Shown here: positions 1 through 12,899 of the stretch, piece after piece | Layout of the letters: each line of letters opens with the position of its first letter | Numbering within the stretch: position 1 is the stretch's first letter | From: Paraspadella gotoi | Lineage: Eukaryota; Animalia; Chaetognatha | DNA: 64,000 nucleotides | Reading direction: 5' to 3' | NCBI GenBank assembly: GCA_051294375.1 | Contig: CM119268.1 | Coordinates: forward strand, 13,713,037 to 13,777,036 | Notes under the pieces: model-generated | Told to the model about the DNA's origin: nothing | Seen by the model: the letters and a program-made list of their open reading frames with translations, nothing else | Databases searched by the model: none | Made by a program: the position numbers and the translations under genes

Positions 1-178
1 CGAGGAATAAAGGCTGCCAGTTAAGATTTAAAACTATCGATGTTTTGTCAAGTTAATCTTTCATGTACGTATTGTATAAAGGTAGAAATTTCGTATATTA
101 ACCAATTAAGAAAATCGGTAAAATTTAAGATGACAATAACGACAGCGACAATCCACACCCCCCCCCCAAATTCTCCAG

Positions 179-307
179 TTGGTCTTCATCCTGGGTCGCG
201 CTCGAAAGAACGCCACCCAACGCATCGTGGAGGAAGAAGCTCTCGTCCACCGCGACATCGTCCAGGAAGACTTCGTCGAGTCCTTCCGGAATCTCACTCT
301 CAAATCG
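179..307 (+). CDS. GT31 beta-1,3-galactosyltransferase-like gene, internal exon A (gene start lies upstream of the window)
   Basis: ctccag acceptor and gtcagt donor. Translates LVFILGRARKNATQRIVEEEALVHRDIVQEDFVESFRNLTLKS, matching the GT31 VFLLG...E...DI.Q.DF.D...NLTLK motif. Phase 0/0. Confidence 0.9.
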
Positions 308-739
308 GTCAGTAATAATAAATAAATAAATAAATAAATAATAAATAAAAATAAATATATATTCAATATAAATTGAAACTTTTTGATTTAGTCATTTTTT
401 GATTTAAGTATTTTAGTCGATATATTGATTTTTAAGTGTTTTTTCAGGGAGGTGACTTTTTGATATAGTTCAAACCAAAGAGTTTGATACTTTTTCAAAA
501 CTAAAGTTCCAATACAATACACAATGTTGAAACATGACTGAAAAATTTGGTTTTTTTTTAACGTATTTAATACAAAAAATTTTTTAAGCCAAATAAAAAA
601 AACTTATCAATAAAATTATGATGATTTATTTTATTAATTAATTTTATTTAATTAGATAGTTTAATATCATATTACATCATATATATATATACTTCGTATT
701 CGCTTCATCGCCTTCAATCACGCCTCTTTTCCCTCCCAG

Positions 740-893
740 GTGGCGGCCATCAAATGGGCCTCTCTCTTCTGTCCCGGCGCCAAGTACTTCCTCAAAACCG
801 ACGACGATATGTTCGTCAACCTCAAACAGTTGTTGTTGTTCCTGGGGACGTCGAGAGGGTACAGATTGGCGGCCGGAACTTGCGGCAGCGGAG
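740..893 (+). CDS. GT31 exon B with DxD motif
   Basis: tcccag acceptor. VAAIKWASLFCPGAKYFLKTDDDMFVNLKQLL contains the KTDDD.FVN signature. The phase-1 donor g|gtacga fits exon C. Confidence 0.9.
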
Positions 894-3090
894 GTACGAC
901 CTCAGTGAGGTTTTTCGTCGGTGCGACCGTCAGAGCACGTCCGGTCTAAGTTTATTTCTTCCTTTTTGTTCTATTCTGTCTCTTGGTTAATTCTATTTGT
1001 CTGCCTCATTTATTTCTGTTATAAAATCTTAACGTTTCAAAATCCAAATCCGTTTAAACAGAAATACTGGGTATCANNNNNNNNNNNNNNNNNNNNNNNN
1101 NNNNNNNNNNNNNNNNNNNNNNNNNNNNNNNNNNNNNNNNNNNNNNNNNNNNNNNNNNNNNNNNNNNNNNNNNNNNNNNNNNNNNNNNNNNNNNNNNNNN
1201 NNNNNNNNNNNNNNNNNNNNNNNNNNNNNNNNNNNNNNNNNNNNNNNNNNNNNNNNNNNNNNNNNNNNNNNNNNNNNNNNNNNNNNNNNNNNNNNNNNNN
1301 NNNNNNNNNNNNNNNNNNNNNNNNNNNNNNNNNNNNNNNNNNNNNNNNNNNNNNNNNNNNNNNNNNNAAGCAGCGGATTTGTTCCGATTTGTAACCATGG
1401 AAACGGAGGAAATCGTCTCGGAATTAAAACGCGTCGAAATTAAGAAGGAAAAAAAAACATCTCATCGGGAAAAGAAATGAAACGAGGGAATATATATATC
1501 CTGCTCTTAATTGAAAATAAAAAAGGGATGAGTGGAGAGAAATTAGCTGAAATAAAAAAAGTGAAAAAATAAATTAAATGAAAAGAAAGATGAGGTAAAA
1601 AGCCGAAAATCCCCGACGGTAAAAAAAGAGGCATTAGCCAAGAAGAAAGGAAAGAACCCTTCCAAGTATCAAAGGGGCTTCTTGTTTCTCCGCTATCGCT
1701 CTCTCTCTCTCTTTCTCACTCTCNNNNNNNNNNNNNNNNNNNNNNNNNNNNNNNNNNNNNNNNNNNNNNNNNNNNNNNNNNNNNNNNNNNNNNNNNNNNN
1801 NNNNNNNNNNNNNNNNNNNNNNNNNNNNNNNNNNNNNNNNNNNNNNNNNNNNNNNNNNNNNNNNNNNNNNNNNNNNNNNNNNNNNNNNNNNNNNNNNNNN
1901 NNNNNNNNNNNNNNNNNNNNNNNNNNNNNNNNNNNNTTCTATCTCTCTCCCTCCCTTCCATGTCCTCGTTTTTCATGTCGTTTCCCCTTCAACTTTGTTA
2001 ATCTTTCACGTTTACGTTTTTTTTTTTCCTTCTATTTTGTTTTGACGGTGAAGGCATTTCTCTCCAACTCTCTCTTCGCTCTTATTCGCGCTTTTTTGCT
2101 CTTTGAAGCGAATTAAATATAAAAACGAATGGGATTTCTTTGTGTCGGGAAAGAGAAAAACTTGAGTTGCAGACACAAACTCGGTTGCGATTGAAACACT
2201 TGCGAATCTCAGAAATGCACTCTTTGCAATCTCTCTCTCTCTCTCTCTNNNNNNNNNNNNNNNNNNNNNNNNNNNNNNNNNNNNNNNNNNNNNNNNNNNN
2301 NNNNNNNNNNNNNNNNNNNNNNNNNNNNNNNNNNNNNNNNNNNNNNNNNNNNNNNNNNNNNNNNNNNNNNNNNNNNNNNNNNNNNNNNNNNNNNNNNNNN
2401 NNNNNNNNNNNNNNNNNNNNNNNNNNNNNNNNNNNNNNNNNNNNNNNNNNNNNNNNNNNNNNNTAAATAAAGTAAATAAAGGTTTATTATTTTGACTTTT
2501 GTATGTCTTTGCTCACTCTTAATATTTCATATTAATAATAATATAATAATATAATAATATAATAATAATAATAATATTTCATATTATAATTTCATTATTC
2601 AGATTGCGATCTTTGATATTTTCAANNNNNNNNNNNNNNNNNNNNNNNNNNNNNNNNNNNNNNNNNNNNNNNNNNNNNNNNNNNNNNNNNNNNNNNNNNN
2701 NNNNNNNNNNNNNNNNNNNNNNNNNNNNNNNNNNNNNNNNNNNNNNNNNNNNNNNNNNNNNNNNNNNNNNNNNNNNNNNNNNNNNNNNNNNNNNNNNNNN
2801 NNAGTTAGTGAGTAGTGACAGAACCGTTCAATATAAGCAATCCCTGATGAGCTTCGGATCAGGCTGTAACCCCGTGTTACAGGCGGGNNNNNNNNNNNNN
2901 NNNNNNNNNNNNAGATTTCTTTCCAAGACATTTTATTCACATTAGTCTAGTAAAAAAATATAGACTGCCATACAAACAAGTCAATTGTCCTAATGCCCAT
3001 GTATTTTGGTTGAAAGGAGTAATTTTTAAATAAATTGAGACAATATTAATAATATTCTAGTTCGACTTACAGGTCATAAATCTTCAATAT

Positions 3091-3299
3091 GCGCTGATGA
3101 AAGGGCCTGCATACTGTGACCCGAAAAACATGTCTGCTCTTGTAAGAATAAAACTATTCGTTTGGGCAAAAATAAAATCAAACCTTTGTTAAAGGTCAAT
3201 TAAAAATCGATATGTGGTATAATCCTTTCTTTTCGTTGTGTAAATAATTATTATTTTTTAATGCTGAATGAAGGCCTTGTAGTTAAGCCGAACATGTCC
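3091..3299 (+). ncRNA. Two tandem degenerate hammerhead-like motifs (3091-3137, 3263-3299)
   Basis: gcgctgatgaaagggcc...gacccgaaaaacatgtctgc and gctgaatgaaggcc...gccgaacatgtc, each followed by aataaaa. They lie in error-rich sequence. Confidence 0.45.
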
Positions 3300-3650
3300 G
3301 TTTTTTTATTAAAAATAAAATCAGTTGTTGAAAAATTCAGGTCATAAACAAAAAACTTTGCTTATGACAACAAAAAGTACGAACCTACATCAGAGAAATC
3401 CAAAAAGGACGGCGACAAATCCCAAAACGCATGCAGTGACCGCAAAAATTATGTGGTGAAAAAAAACCTCCAGAAATTCCGCTCTGTCTATCTTTTTAAA
3501 GAATCTTTCGAAAAAAAATATGGAAAGATCTGTTAACGAAGAGATCAATTCAGTGAGGGAAGAGAAATACTTTGGATGCAAAAAAAAAAAATTTCAAGCG
3601 CAATGCAAGGAAATTTTTTTCTCAGCCCGTGGCTCCAAAAGCTGCAAACT

Positions 3651-3931
3651 TCAGCCGCTCACAGACATATTCCGGCAGCATTCCTCCTAACTTCCGCTGT
3701 TATAGACTGATCACGCCACGTGAATCAAGATCAGTTTCTTGATTATCTTAACAGCCTTATCGCTTGTCTTTTTCATCAAGATTTCCACGTTATTTCGGTG
3801 AGGACAATAATCTTTGGGATAAGTTTCAAGCGTTTCGTTGAGACTTCTTTAGAGAACAGACGCGCGTATGTAAACATCTTCTATGTGAAGATAGGTCGGC
3901 GTGCTGTGGACGACCGCGAGAGATAAAGTTC
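3651..3931 (-). other. Diverged paralogous copy of GT31 exon D, indel-rich as assembled
   Basis: tatag|gaactttatctc (ELYL), then tatcttcacatagaagatgtttacata (YLHIEDVYI), aaactgatcttgattcac (KLILIH), ending gagcggctga like exon D. Confidence 0.75.
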
Positions 3932-4061
3932 CTATAATCGCGGGGCCCAGATAGATGTTTGTGAGAGAGGGTTTTAAATTAAGAATAGACAACGGAGAAG
4001 GGTAAGTCCAAAACATCAAATGCCGGGTATAAAAATCCAAAAGCGCTAATCAAACACTGAC

Positions 4062-4200
4062 GGGCTTCTACAAGGTGTCACCGCTGAGAATATAACCCGC
4101 GCCAGAACAGTAACGTCGGCCGAATAGTCCTGCTTGTAGCGCTCATACCGGGTTCTACATAGTACTTTGCTACGAACGTCCTCGGAATCAACAATAACCT
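4062..4200 (-). other. Diverged paralogous copy of GT31 exon C, indel-rich as assembled
   Basis: Allowing single-base indels, the minus strand reads approximately VIRDVRSKYYVPYERYKQDYWPTYCSGAGYILSGDTL, followed by a gtcagt donor. Boundaries are approximate. Confidence 0.75.
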
Positions 4201-4847
4201 CCGATGATATTAGATGTAAATAGAAAATGTAAAAGGGGCACGGTGTCACGTTTTTAAAGCGCCGAAGAAAACAAACTTAACAGCCTGTTAGAGATGTCCT
4301 GAAACTCAAATACGGAAAGAATGCAGACGAATTTTCTTGAAACGCTAAAAAACTTGTCTGGATTTCAAAAGTTAATGTTAATGATTATAATTAAAAGTAT
4401 TTGATTCATTTCTATGATCTTTTAAGAATTGGTACAACTATGGTGGAATAAAATCCACCAACCATTCATCACGCATTGGTGCAGGAGTAAGCAGCGCCAA
4501 GAGGTGATCACCCACTAGTAGTTTAAGAGAGACGGCGGGCGTTTAAACCCCAGCTGATAACAACGGGTTACAGCCTGATCCGAAAGCTCATGCAGAGAAA
4601 AAATCTTTTTAGTTTTTCATTGCAGACAATTGTGAGCCAGAACCAAAGGTTACGGCAAAGGTTCGTACTAATAACGCTTATGAACATACATAATACTAAG
4701 TGACAATTAATCTGGTTATACAAATTTTACAGTTTAATAAGTTAAGTGCTCTTGAAATTTTTGAGACCTGATAATATTTTAAACTTTAGTGGCTCACTCA
4801 AGTTGTCTCAAAACACTCCTTGCTTTTGGAACATGTCAAGTTTATCT

Positions 4848-5350
4848 AATAGTGCGTAGTGAAAGTTATGAACGAAAATTCTAAAAGTCAATTATGAACA
4901 ACGTACTATCAGTGAACATTAATTTGTAAAAAAAATCATTTTATATTTTTTAATTTGAATTCCTCGTCAAAAGATGATAAAATTATTTCATTAAGTGGGT
5001 TAAAAATTAACAAAAATATATATTTTCTATATAAATTGAAATTTCTAGCTTAAAATATAAGTTTTTCTGATATTTGACCAACTTAATAAAATATGTTTTT
5101 TAAAAAAGTTATATTTCTTTATCTCAACCTTTCATGACTAATTCATTATCTGCCAAAAAATCTTACAAAAAACTATTTTGAAATTTTAACATTTATTTGG
5201 ATTCGTACTATGTATAAATATGGCCTCCTTCGTAAATTGTAAAATTTTAAAAAAATTTATACATGAATGTTCATCAGTATAATGTTGTTCATTCCTCACT
5301 TTTAGAATTTTAATCCAGGTTAAATTTAAAATTTTTACTACGCTTTATTA
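4848..5350. mobile_element. Diverged AT-rich MITE-like element with long imperfect inverted ends
   Basis: gcgtagtgaaa / ttttactacgc, aaaattctaaaagt / acttttagaatttt and tgaacaac / gttgttca are mirrored in nested order. Confidence 0.5.
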
Positions 5351-5416
5351 TCTAATGTAAGAAGATTTGGATTTTAAAACAATTCTTTGTAGTACAAATT
5401 TTGGAGAGAGAGAGGG

Positions 5417-5490
<74 letters not shown>

Positions 5491-5522
5491 CAGAGAGAGA
5501 GAAAAGAGAGAGAGAGAGAAAG

Positions 5523-5558
<36 letters not shown>

Positions 5559-5718
5559 AGAGAGAGAGAGAGAGAGAAGAGGAGAGAGAGAGAGAGAGGA
5601 AAGAATGGAAGTGTAGCATTTTCCTAAATTAAAGAGAGAGAGAGTCAGAGAGGAACAAACTAAACTGGTGCACAAACTATAATGATTAATTTTCCTTTCC
5701 TCTTCATCCACCTTTTAG

Positions 5719-5837
5719 GTAAAGTTATCCGAAACGAGCGAAGCAAGTACTATGTGCCTTACGAGCAGTACCAACTGGAGAAGTGGCCCACCTATTGTTC
5801 CGGAACTGGTTATGTTCTCAGCGGCGATATTCTCCCG
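5719..5837 (+). CDS. GT31 exon C
   Basis: ttttag acceptor, phase 1. (G)KVIRNERSKYYVPYEQYQLEKWPTYCSGTGYVLSGDILP contains the SK.YV...Y....P.YCSG.GY motif. gtgagt donor. Confidence 0.9.
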
Positions 5838-5900
5838 GTGAGTTCGTTTTGAGATTCTCGATTTCCGAGTTTAGCATCATAACCTCCCTCGCCTCCGCAG

Positions 5901-6149
5901 GAGCTGTATCTCACTTCGCTCCGAACTCCTTACCTCTACATGGAGGACGTTTACATCACGGGCCTCTGTCTCAAAAAGATCAAGAACGTGAAACTTTACC
6001 CCAAATATCGTTTCCTCACCAACTTCCGGAATCTCGGCGACGAGGACGACGACGACTGCGAAATCGAGAGACTCATCATGATCCACGCGGTGATCGAAGC
6101 CAAGCAGCGGCAGGTCTGGCAGATGCTGCGGAGATGCGAGGGCGGCTGA
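5901..6149 (+). CDS. GT31 terminal exon D
   Basis: ccgcag acceptor after a 63-nt intron. ELYLTSLRTPYLYMEDVYITGLCL...IMIHAV...CEGG* contains the EDVY.TG motif and a late His. Confidence 0.9.
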   Translation, partial: ELYLTSLRTPYLYMEDVYITGLCLKKIKNVKLYPKYRFLTNFRNLGDEDDDDCEIERLIMIHAVIEAKQRQVWQMLRRCEGG

Positions 6150-8879
6150 GGCGGACGTCGGCTGCAGCGCGGAAGTTGTTCGCCGACGAACCCCGTCGGT
6201 AGTGTTTGTTTCGGCCACCTGAGATTATTTGTTACTCCCCAATTGTTTTGTTGCAAATTGTGAAGACAAGAGAAATGACGCTTTTCTTATGAAGATAACA
6301 TTCAAAGCGCAGACTTCTTAGCTGCGCCAAATGAATTAAGCTAAGTCGCGCTTGACTGAAGTGATCTTGATGTGATCCTGAAAAGCAACATGAGCGCCTG
6401 AAACCAACCGACTTATGGTATATACTATGTATACATTTTACTCCAAATTGAAATTGTTGTTGTGCTTACGAGCTTTTGTGAACGGAATCCTCATCTGGGA
6501 GAATTGATTACGAAGACCTGATCTTATTAACGTTTTGATTTTCAGCCCAAAAGGCATTCATTGTTTTACTCTCTTCCCCTCTCTCTCTTTCCTTTTACCC
6601 AGATAATGGTTTTTTTTTGTGGTCAGGTTTCATTTTTTATCAGAAAATATGCTTTTTCTAGTCTCATTAAGAATAATATAAAAATTATTCAATCTAAAAG
6701 AAGAGAATGCGTGTTTCNNNNNNNNNNNNNNNNNNNNNNNNNNNNNNNNNNNNNNNNNNNNNNNNNNNNNNNNNNNNNNNNNNNNNNNNNNNNNNNNNNN
6801 NNNNNNNNNNNNNNNNNNNNNNNNNNNNNNNNNNNNNNNNNNNNTCTTTCCGACTAACATGAACAAACAGAGAGAGAAGAAAAAAAATCACAATCGGAAA
6901 TTTTCCGTTTTCCTACGGGATTTTTATCTTTTAACTCATTGTCAGGGTAAAATATGAGAGAAATAGAGAGACATTTGAAGAGAGAGAGAGAGAGAGAGCG
7001 AGCAGAGAGATAGTCCAAACTTTTTCTCGTGCTGCAAATTAATAATTGTAAATGTCATTAACAAAAATGGTTCGGATAAACCGACTATTGTTTTAAAATA
7101 TCTGGACAAAATTTTGGCCAGATTTTGACAAATTGGTCTGACAAACTTGCTGACAAAATACATTCGATGGCCGAAACACTTGGATAGAATGCTCTGACTT
7201 TCCTACAGTAGGCAGCTAAAAAGCTTTAAAGTGACATGTTCTAATTTTATTATTTTCAACAATCATATTTAATTCGCAAATGCAAATAAATTTTTATTTT
7301 GCTAAATTATCGAAACAACTTCATTGAGGCATGAGAAATGTGCCCGATGGCGAATACAGAATCCAACTAATTTCATCTAAAGAAGTCCTAATCACACTGC
7401 AATGAGAAAACTCGCAATTTTAATGCCATCTTCTTGAAGAACATATATTGGTTTAATGGAATAATAACTGGACTTAAAAAAACTTGTAACTGACCACTTC
7501 CAGTACCATTTTTTTTTTAAATTTAACGTTTCGTCGTCGTCGTCGTTGTCGCCTCATTGCCGTTATCTTCTTTTGCCGCCTGACGATAGCGGAAGAGTAA
7601 CGACTTCATTTTTCTTTTTCCATTTTCTTTGTTGCTGCTTAATTTAAAATCATTTAAAAACTTCCTCTCCTTTTTTTTTTCTTTGAAAATGATCGACGTC
7701 GCTCGCAGCAACTCGGTTGATGAAAGAGAAGTCGCCATGTATCGATTCCATTGGTTCCTTTTCTCGATATATGCTGCGGCGTCGGCGGCGTCGGCGGCGT
7801 CAGCGACTGCGGCGTCGTCGGCGTCAGCGACTGCGGCGTCGGCGACTGCGGCGTCGGCGGTTTTGTCTACTGCTTCTTATCAGGTTCACAAACAATGGGT
7901 TCCCTTAACGTGACAACCGATCTCGCATCTGCTCTACCTTCTCTTTCTTCCACTTTTCTTTCCTCATTTTTTCTTCTAACTCACTTTCCTTCGCTCTCCT
8001 TCTATTTTCTTTTTTCTTTTTTCCTCCGCTTTTCTTCTATTTTCTTTTTTCTTCTTTCCTCCGCTTTTCTTTTATTTTCTTTTTTCATATTTCCTCCGCT
8101 TTCCTTCTATTTTCTTTTTTCTTCTTTNNNNNNNNNNNNNNNNNNNNNNNNNNNNNNNNNNNNNNNNNNNNNNNNNNNNNNNNNNNNNNNNNNNNNNNNN
8201 NNNNNNNNNNNNNNNNNNNNNNNNNNNNNNNNNNNNNNNNNNNNNNNNNNNNNNNNNNNNNNNNNNNNNNNNNNNNNNNNNNNNNNNNNNNNNNNNNNNN
8301 NNNNNNNNNNNNNNNNNNNNNNNNNNNNNNNNNNNNNNNNNNNNNNNNNNNNNNNNNNNNNNNNNNNNNNNNNNNNNNNNNNNNNNNNNNNNNNNNNNNN
8401 NNNNNNNNNNNNNNNNNNNNNNNNNNNNNNNNNNNNNNNNNNNNNTTTTTTTTCTTCTTTCATTCGCTTTTCTTGCTCTTTCCCGACTTCTCCACCCCCT
8501 CATTCTGTTCAGTTATATACAAATTTTCGGTTAATTTTTTTTTTTTTAGATTACCAGAAATTCTTATGTCAACGCATTTCATTTTTGGAATTAACCCAAA
8601 AATGATCTAATTTAGGAGAGGGAACAAAATTGCAAAAAAAAACCGTTTTTTTTTGTGCAATCTCATTAGTCGGAATAGCAAAGAAAGAATTTTTAATCAG
8701 AAAGGAAAGAGAAAAGGCTATAAATTATTAAATAGGTCCAATGAAAAAAGTGTTAAAGAGAGAGAGAGATGAATATTCAAATTTCAAAAAAAAAATATTA
8801 CGTCTGTGTTAGTTTTTTACCAATACCTTTTTTATATATTATATTTTATATATTATTGTATTAATTCTTTCTTTTTCGT

Positions 8880-8975
8880 TGTTTGAAATGTTTAGAGATT
8901 GACAAAGTTTTTAGTTTGCAACGAATTTTATTTACATAAAAACAGACATGTTTCGACTTGTTTTTTAAGCCTTCA
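8880..8975 (-). mobile_element. Decayed copy of the hammerhead-bearing repeat family
   Basis: atgaaggctt...aagtcgaaacatgtctg plus a tail (ataaaattcgttg...tttgtcaatctcta) resembling the tail of the 20.3-kb copy. The CUG of the core is lost. Confidence 0.5.
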
Positions 8976-11786
8976 TATTATTAATATATCGTTTTTATTA
9001 CGTTTCAAAATAGTAAAACGTTTCCAGCAGAGTAAGTTTTAAAAAATTCGAAAAAATAGTTGGTACGTCTTGAAATTTTCAGAAGCGCTGGAAGCTTTTA
9101 TGATGTTCGGCGCGTCATAAATATTTGCATCGCGGCTCNNNNNNNNNNNNNNNNNNNNNNNNNNNNNNNNNNNNNNNNNNNNNNNNNNNNNNNNNNNNNN
9201 NNNNNNNNNNNNNNNNNNNNNNNNNNNNNNNNNNNNNNNNNNNNNNNNNNNNNNNNNNNNNNNNNNNNNNNNNNNNNNNNNNNNNNNNNNNNNNNNNNNN
9301 NNNNNNNNNNNNNNNNNNNNNNNNNNNNNNNNNNNNNNNNNNNCTTAGAAACCGTCAATTTCTTTTTTCAAATGTAAAAAAGATTCTGCCCTGAATAAAA
9401 CAAAATTGGATTTCCCACATCAGTAAACACGTAAACAAATAAACAGTCTCTTCCCTCGCTACGCCGACGCAACAGGACGANNNNNNNNNNNNNNNNNNNN
9501 NNNNNNNNNNNNNNNNNNNNNNNNNNNNNNNNNNNNNNNNNNNNNNNNNNNNNNNNNNNNNNNNNNNNNNNNNNNNNNNNNNNNNNNNNNNNNNNNNNNN
9601 NNNNNNNNNNNNNNNNNNNNNNNNNNNNNNNNNNNNNNNNNNNNNNNNNNNNNNNNNNNNNNNNNNNNNNNNNNNAGAAGGAGCGGAACGGTTGATGGCA
9701 CAATTTCGAAGTGTGCGTCCCGGATGGAACCGAATGTGGAACCGGATGGAACCGGCGCGGTGTGAGATTCGTCGCATGGAAATTTCCTGTTTTCGTCGTC
9801 GGAGGTCGTCAAATAAATTTCTGAAAACCCATTTGTGCGGATATGAAGCATCAGGCGTGACTCGACCGCATATAGTCATATTTACTTATTTTTTTAAAAT
9901 TTAAGTTAATGAGGTGTATATTATTTAAATACTTTTTTTAATTTTCTGTTTAATCAAATGACATAGTGTACCTAAGTTTCATTTATTAATTTTACTTACC
10001 ACTTTATCTTTTTACTTTGCTTTTTACGACCAAGTTGAATTTTAGTTAAGTACGACGTGATTATTAAAATAACAAAAATCAATATGTAACCATAATGTCT
10101 TTATAACTTCTTTAGTTTCGTTTTTTTTAGGTTTCTGTTTTCGGTTGTGGTTTTTTTTTTCGTTCCTTGTTTCGGTCGTCGTCGTTGTCCTCGCCATATT
10201 TGACAACGCCATTGTGAATAATCGCCTTCCTCGTCACCAAGCGACGCGATTGTGACGCGAGACGAATTGATTTCTTCCCGAATCACGAATCAGTTGCTGT
10301 CGAATCGTGAGAGTCTGTTGGTCCAGCGTTGGCTTGTGATTTGGAAGAAATTGGTTTCCGAACTGATGGCGTCAACGTTGATTGTGGCAATCACGAGAGG
10401 GAGACGGAGACAGAGCGAGAGAGAGAGGGAGAGAAAGATTGAGAGAGAGTTCACACAACGAATTATTATAAAGAAAAGATAATAGAGTAATAGATTATTG
10501 ATAGTTAAACCTAAAAATACAAAACAATTCTGAAGCTCCCTCCTGTCTCTCCTTGAAAGACTCTTCAATTCGATTCTCCTTTTCCTTTCGCTCCCAATTT
10601 TCTTTTCCTTTTTCAGCCAGAGCGAAAAAAAAAAAACTACAGGGAAAATGAAAGTTGTCTCGGTTTGACAGGAGGTCAGTTCTTCCATGAAAGGGTCAAG
10701 TAGATAAGGGGAATAATTCCATTCCNNNNNNNNNNNNNNNNNNNNNNNNNNNNNNNNNNNNNNNNNNNNNNNNNNNNNNNNNNNNNNNNNNNNNNNNNNN
10801 NNNNNNNNNNNNNNNNNNNNNNNNNNNNNNNNNNNNNNNNNNNNNNNNNNNNNNNNNNNNNNNNNNNNNNNNNNNNNNNNNNNNNNNNNNNNNNNNNNNN
10901 NNNNNNNNNNNNNNNNNNNNNNNNNNNNNNNNNNNNNNNNNNNNNNNNNNNNNNNNNNNNNNNNNNNNNNNNNNNNNNNNNNNNNNNNNNNNNNNNNNNN
11001 NNNNNNNNNNNNNNNNNNNNNNNNNNNNNNNNNNNNNNNNNNNNNNNNNNNNNNNNNNNNNNNNNNNNNNNNNNNNNNNNNNNNNNNNNNNNNNNNNNNN
11101 NNNNNNNNNNNNNNNNNNNNNNNNNNNNNNNNNNNNNNNNNNNNNNNNNNNNNNNNNNNNNNNNNNNNNNNNNNNNNNNNNNNNNNNNNNNNNNNNNNNN
11201 NNNNNNNNNNNNNNNNNNNNNNNNNNNNNNNNNNNNNNNNNNNNNNNNNNNNNNNNNNNNNNNNNNNNNNNNNNNNNNNNNNNNNNNNNNNNNNNNNNNN
11301 NNNNNNNNNNNNNNNNNNNNNNNNNNNNNNNNNNNNNNNNNNNNNNNNNNNNNNNNNNNNNNNNNNNNNNNNNNNNNNNNNNNNNNNNNNNNNNNNNNNN
11401 NNNNNNNNNNNNNNNNNNNNNNNNNNNNNNNNNNNNNNNNNNNNNNNNNNNNNNNNNNNNNNNNNNNNNNNNNNNNNNNNNNNNNNNNNNNNATTAATTA
11501 ATTAATTAATTAAAATAGAAACGAACAAAAAATCAGAAAGGCATCCATTCCCCCCTACCCCCAGAAAAAGAGCTTTTTGCATTTCGCGGTTGCTCGCGAC
11601 GACGACGACGAAGACGACGACATCTGTCATGATAAAAACGACGATAACGATCATCCCAGCAGAGACATAACCTTGGACTTTCGCCGACTAACCTTTTTTT
11701 TTTCTTTTCGGGCATCGCTTATCTCAGGAGAGCACTTTATGACTGACCATAACGCCTTCTCCTGATTTATTTCTTCGCGGTTCTTA

Positions 11787-11820
<34 letters not shown>

Positions 11821-12831
11821 TTGTTGTCGGCGTCGGCATGGATCGATGTGATATCATTTCCTCGGATTTTCGACGTCGACGGCTCAAGAGGAATTCTCGT
11901 GACTTATTCATCGCCTCCTCTCTCTCGTTTTTTATTTATTTATTTTTTTTTTGGAGAAAACCACAGATGTGGTTCACACATCAAAGAAACGCAATTCACT
12001 GTGAGACTTAAGTTCGAAAAAATCAGGGATTATGTTACGATTTTTGGTAAGAAATTGTTCTTTTGTTTCGATTATCTCGTCGATCGTACGATATATTTTT
12101 GTTCGTTTTATATTTGACAATCGTTTAAAATCCCGACGCCCAAAGGTGGTCCAAGACCCCCTGCCTGCCCGCCCATAATTTCCTCTCCCCCCCCCCGGTC
12201 CCTTCGTTACTCGTTTTATTTATTCATAAACAAAAACACAACAACGACGACGAAAAACGAAAATGAAAATGAAAACAACTTCTTCTCGCAGTCGAAATTC
12301 GAAAGCGAATTTATAATCAGTTTCCTTTCCTTTTTTTTTGCCTGCGACTAAGCGCGCTACAGTCTACCGGCGGAAACGAATACATTTTTATGAAATGAGA
12401 TTTTTTTTTTCGTATTGGATTCTTTCTTTCTTTTTTTCTTTCCATCCTTGAGTAGATTCGGTGGAGGGATATGAAAAAAAAGTAAAGGTAAGGTTAAAAG
12501 ATAAGGGAGCACGAAAAAATAAATCCAGGTGTGAAGTTGTGGAAAGCTCGGGCGTGATAAGGGAAAGAGTAACGAAAGGGAAGATTGGGAAAAGGAAGGA
12601 AAAGAAGCGAGGCCGTCGCTCGGCCTTGGCGACGATCCTACAGTAGCAACGAGATTTCCATGTCTCTTTGGTTACAGTCGGACGAATTCCTTCGGTCGCC
12701 ATGGAAACACGGGAACAGGAAGACGGATATGCAGATGCCTTTTGGCTCCTCGTAGATTTTCTGGGACGTGACCAAAAAGCTGGAGTTCTTTTTTTCTGGA
12801 GGAAGAAGGAATATGTCGGGGAGGGGAGAGA

Positions 12832-12899
<68 letters not shown>

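Noticed and set aside
4553-4592. Additional hammerhead (ctgataa...gggtta/tgatcc gaaagctc)
   Set aside because: Stem II and GAAA are present but the CUGANGA core is not intact in either noisy copy.
5352-5711. ERER/SLSL, KKER, poly-D and X-containing ORFs across the window
   Set aside because: Products of microsatellites and N-gaps.
7772-7860. Poly-Ala/Ser coding stretch
   Set aside because: GC-rich (gcggcgtcg/gcgact) simple repeat without exon boundaries or flanking coding signal.
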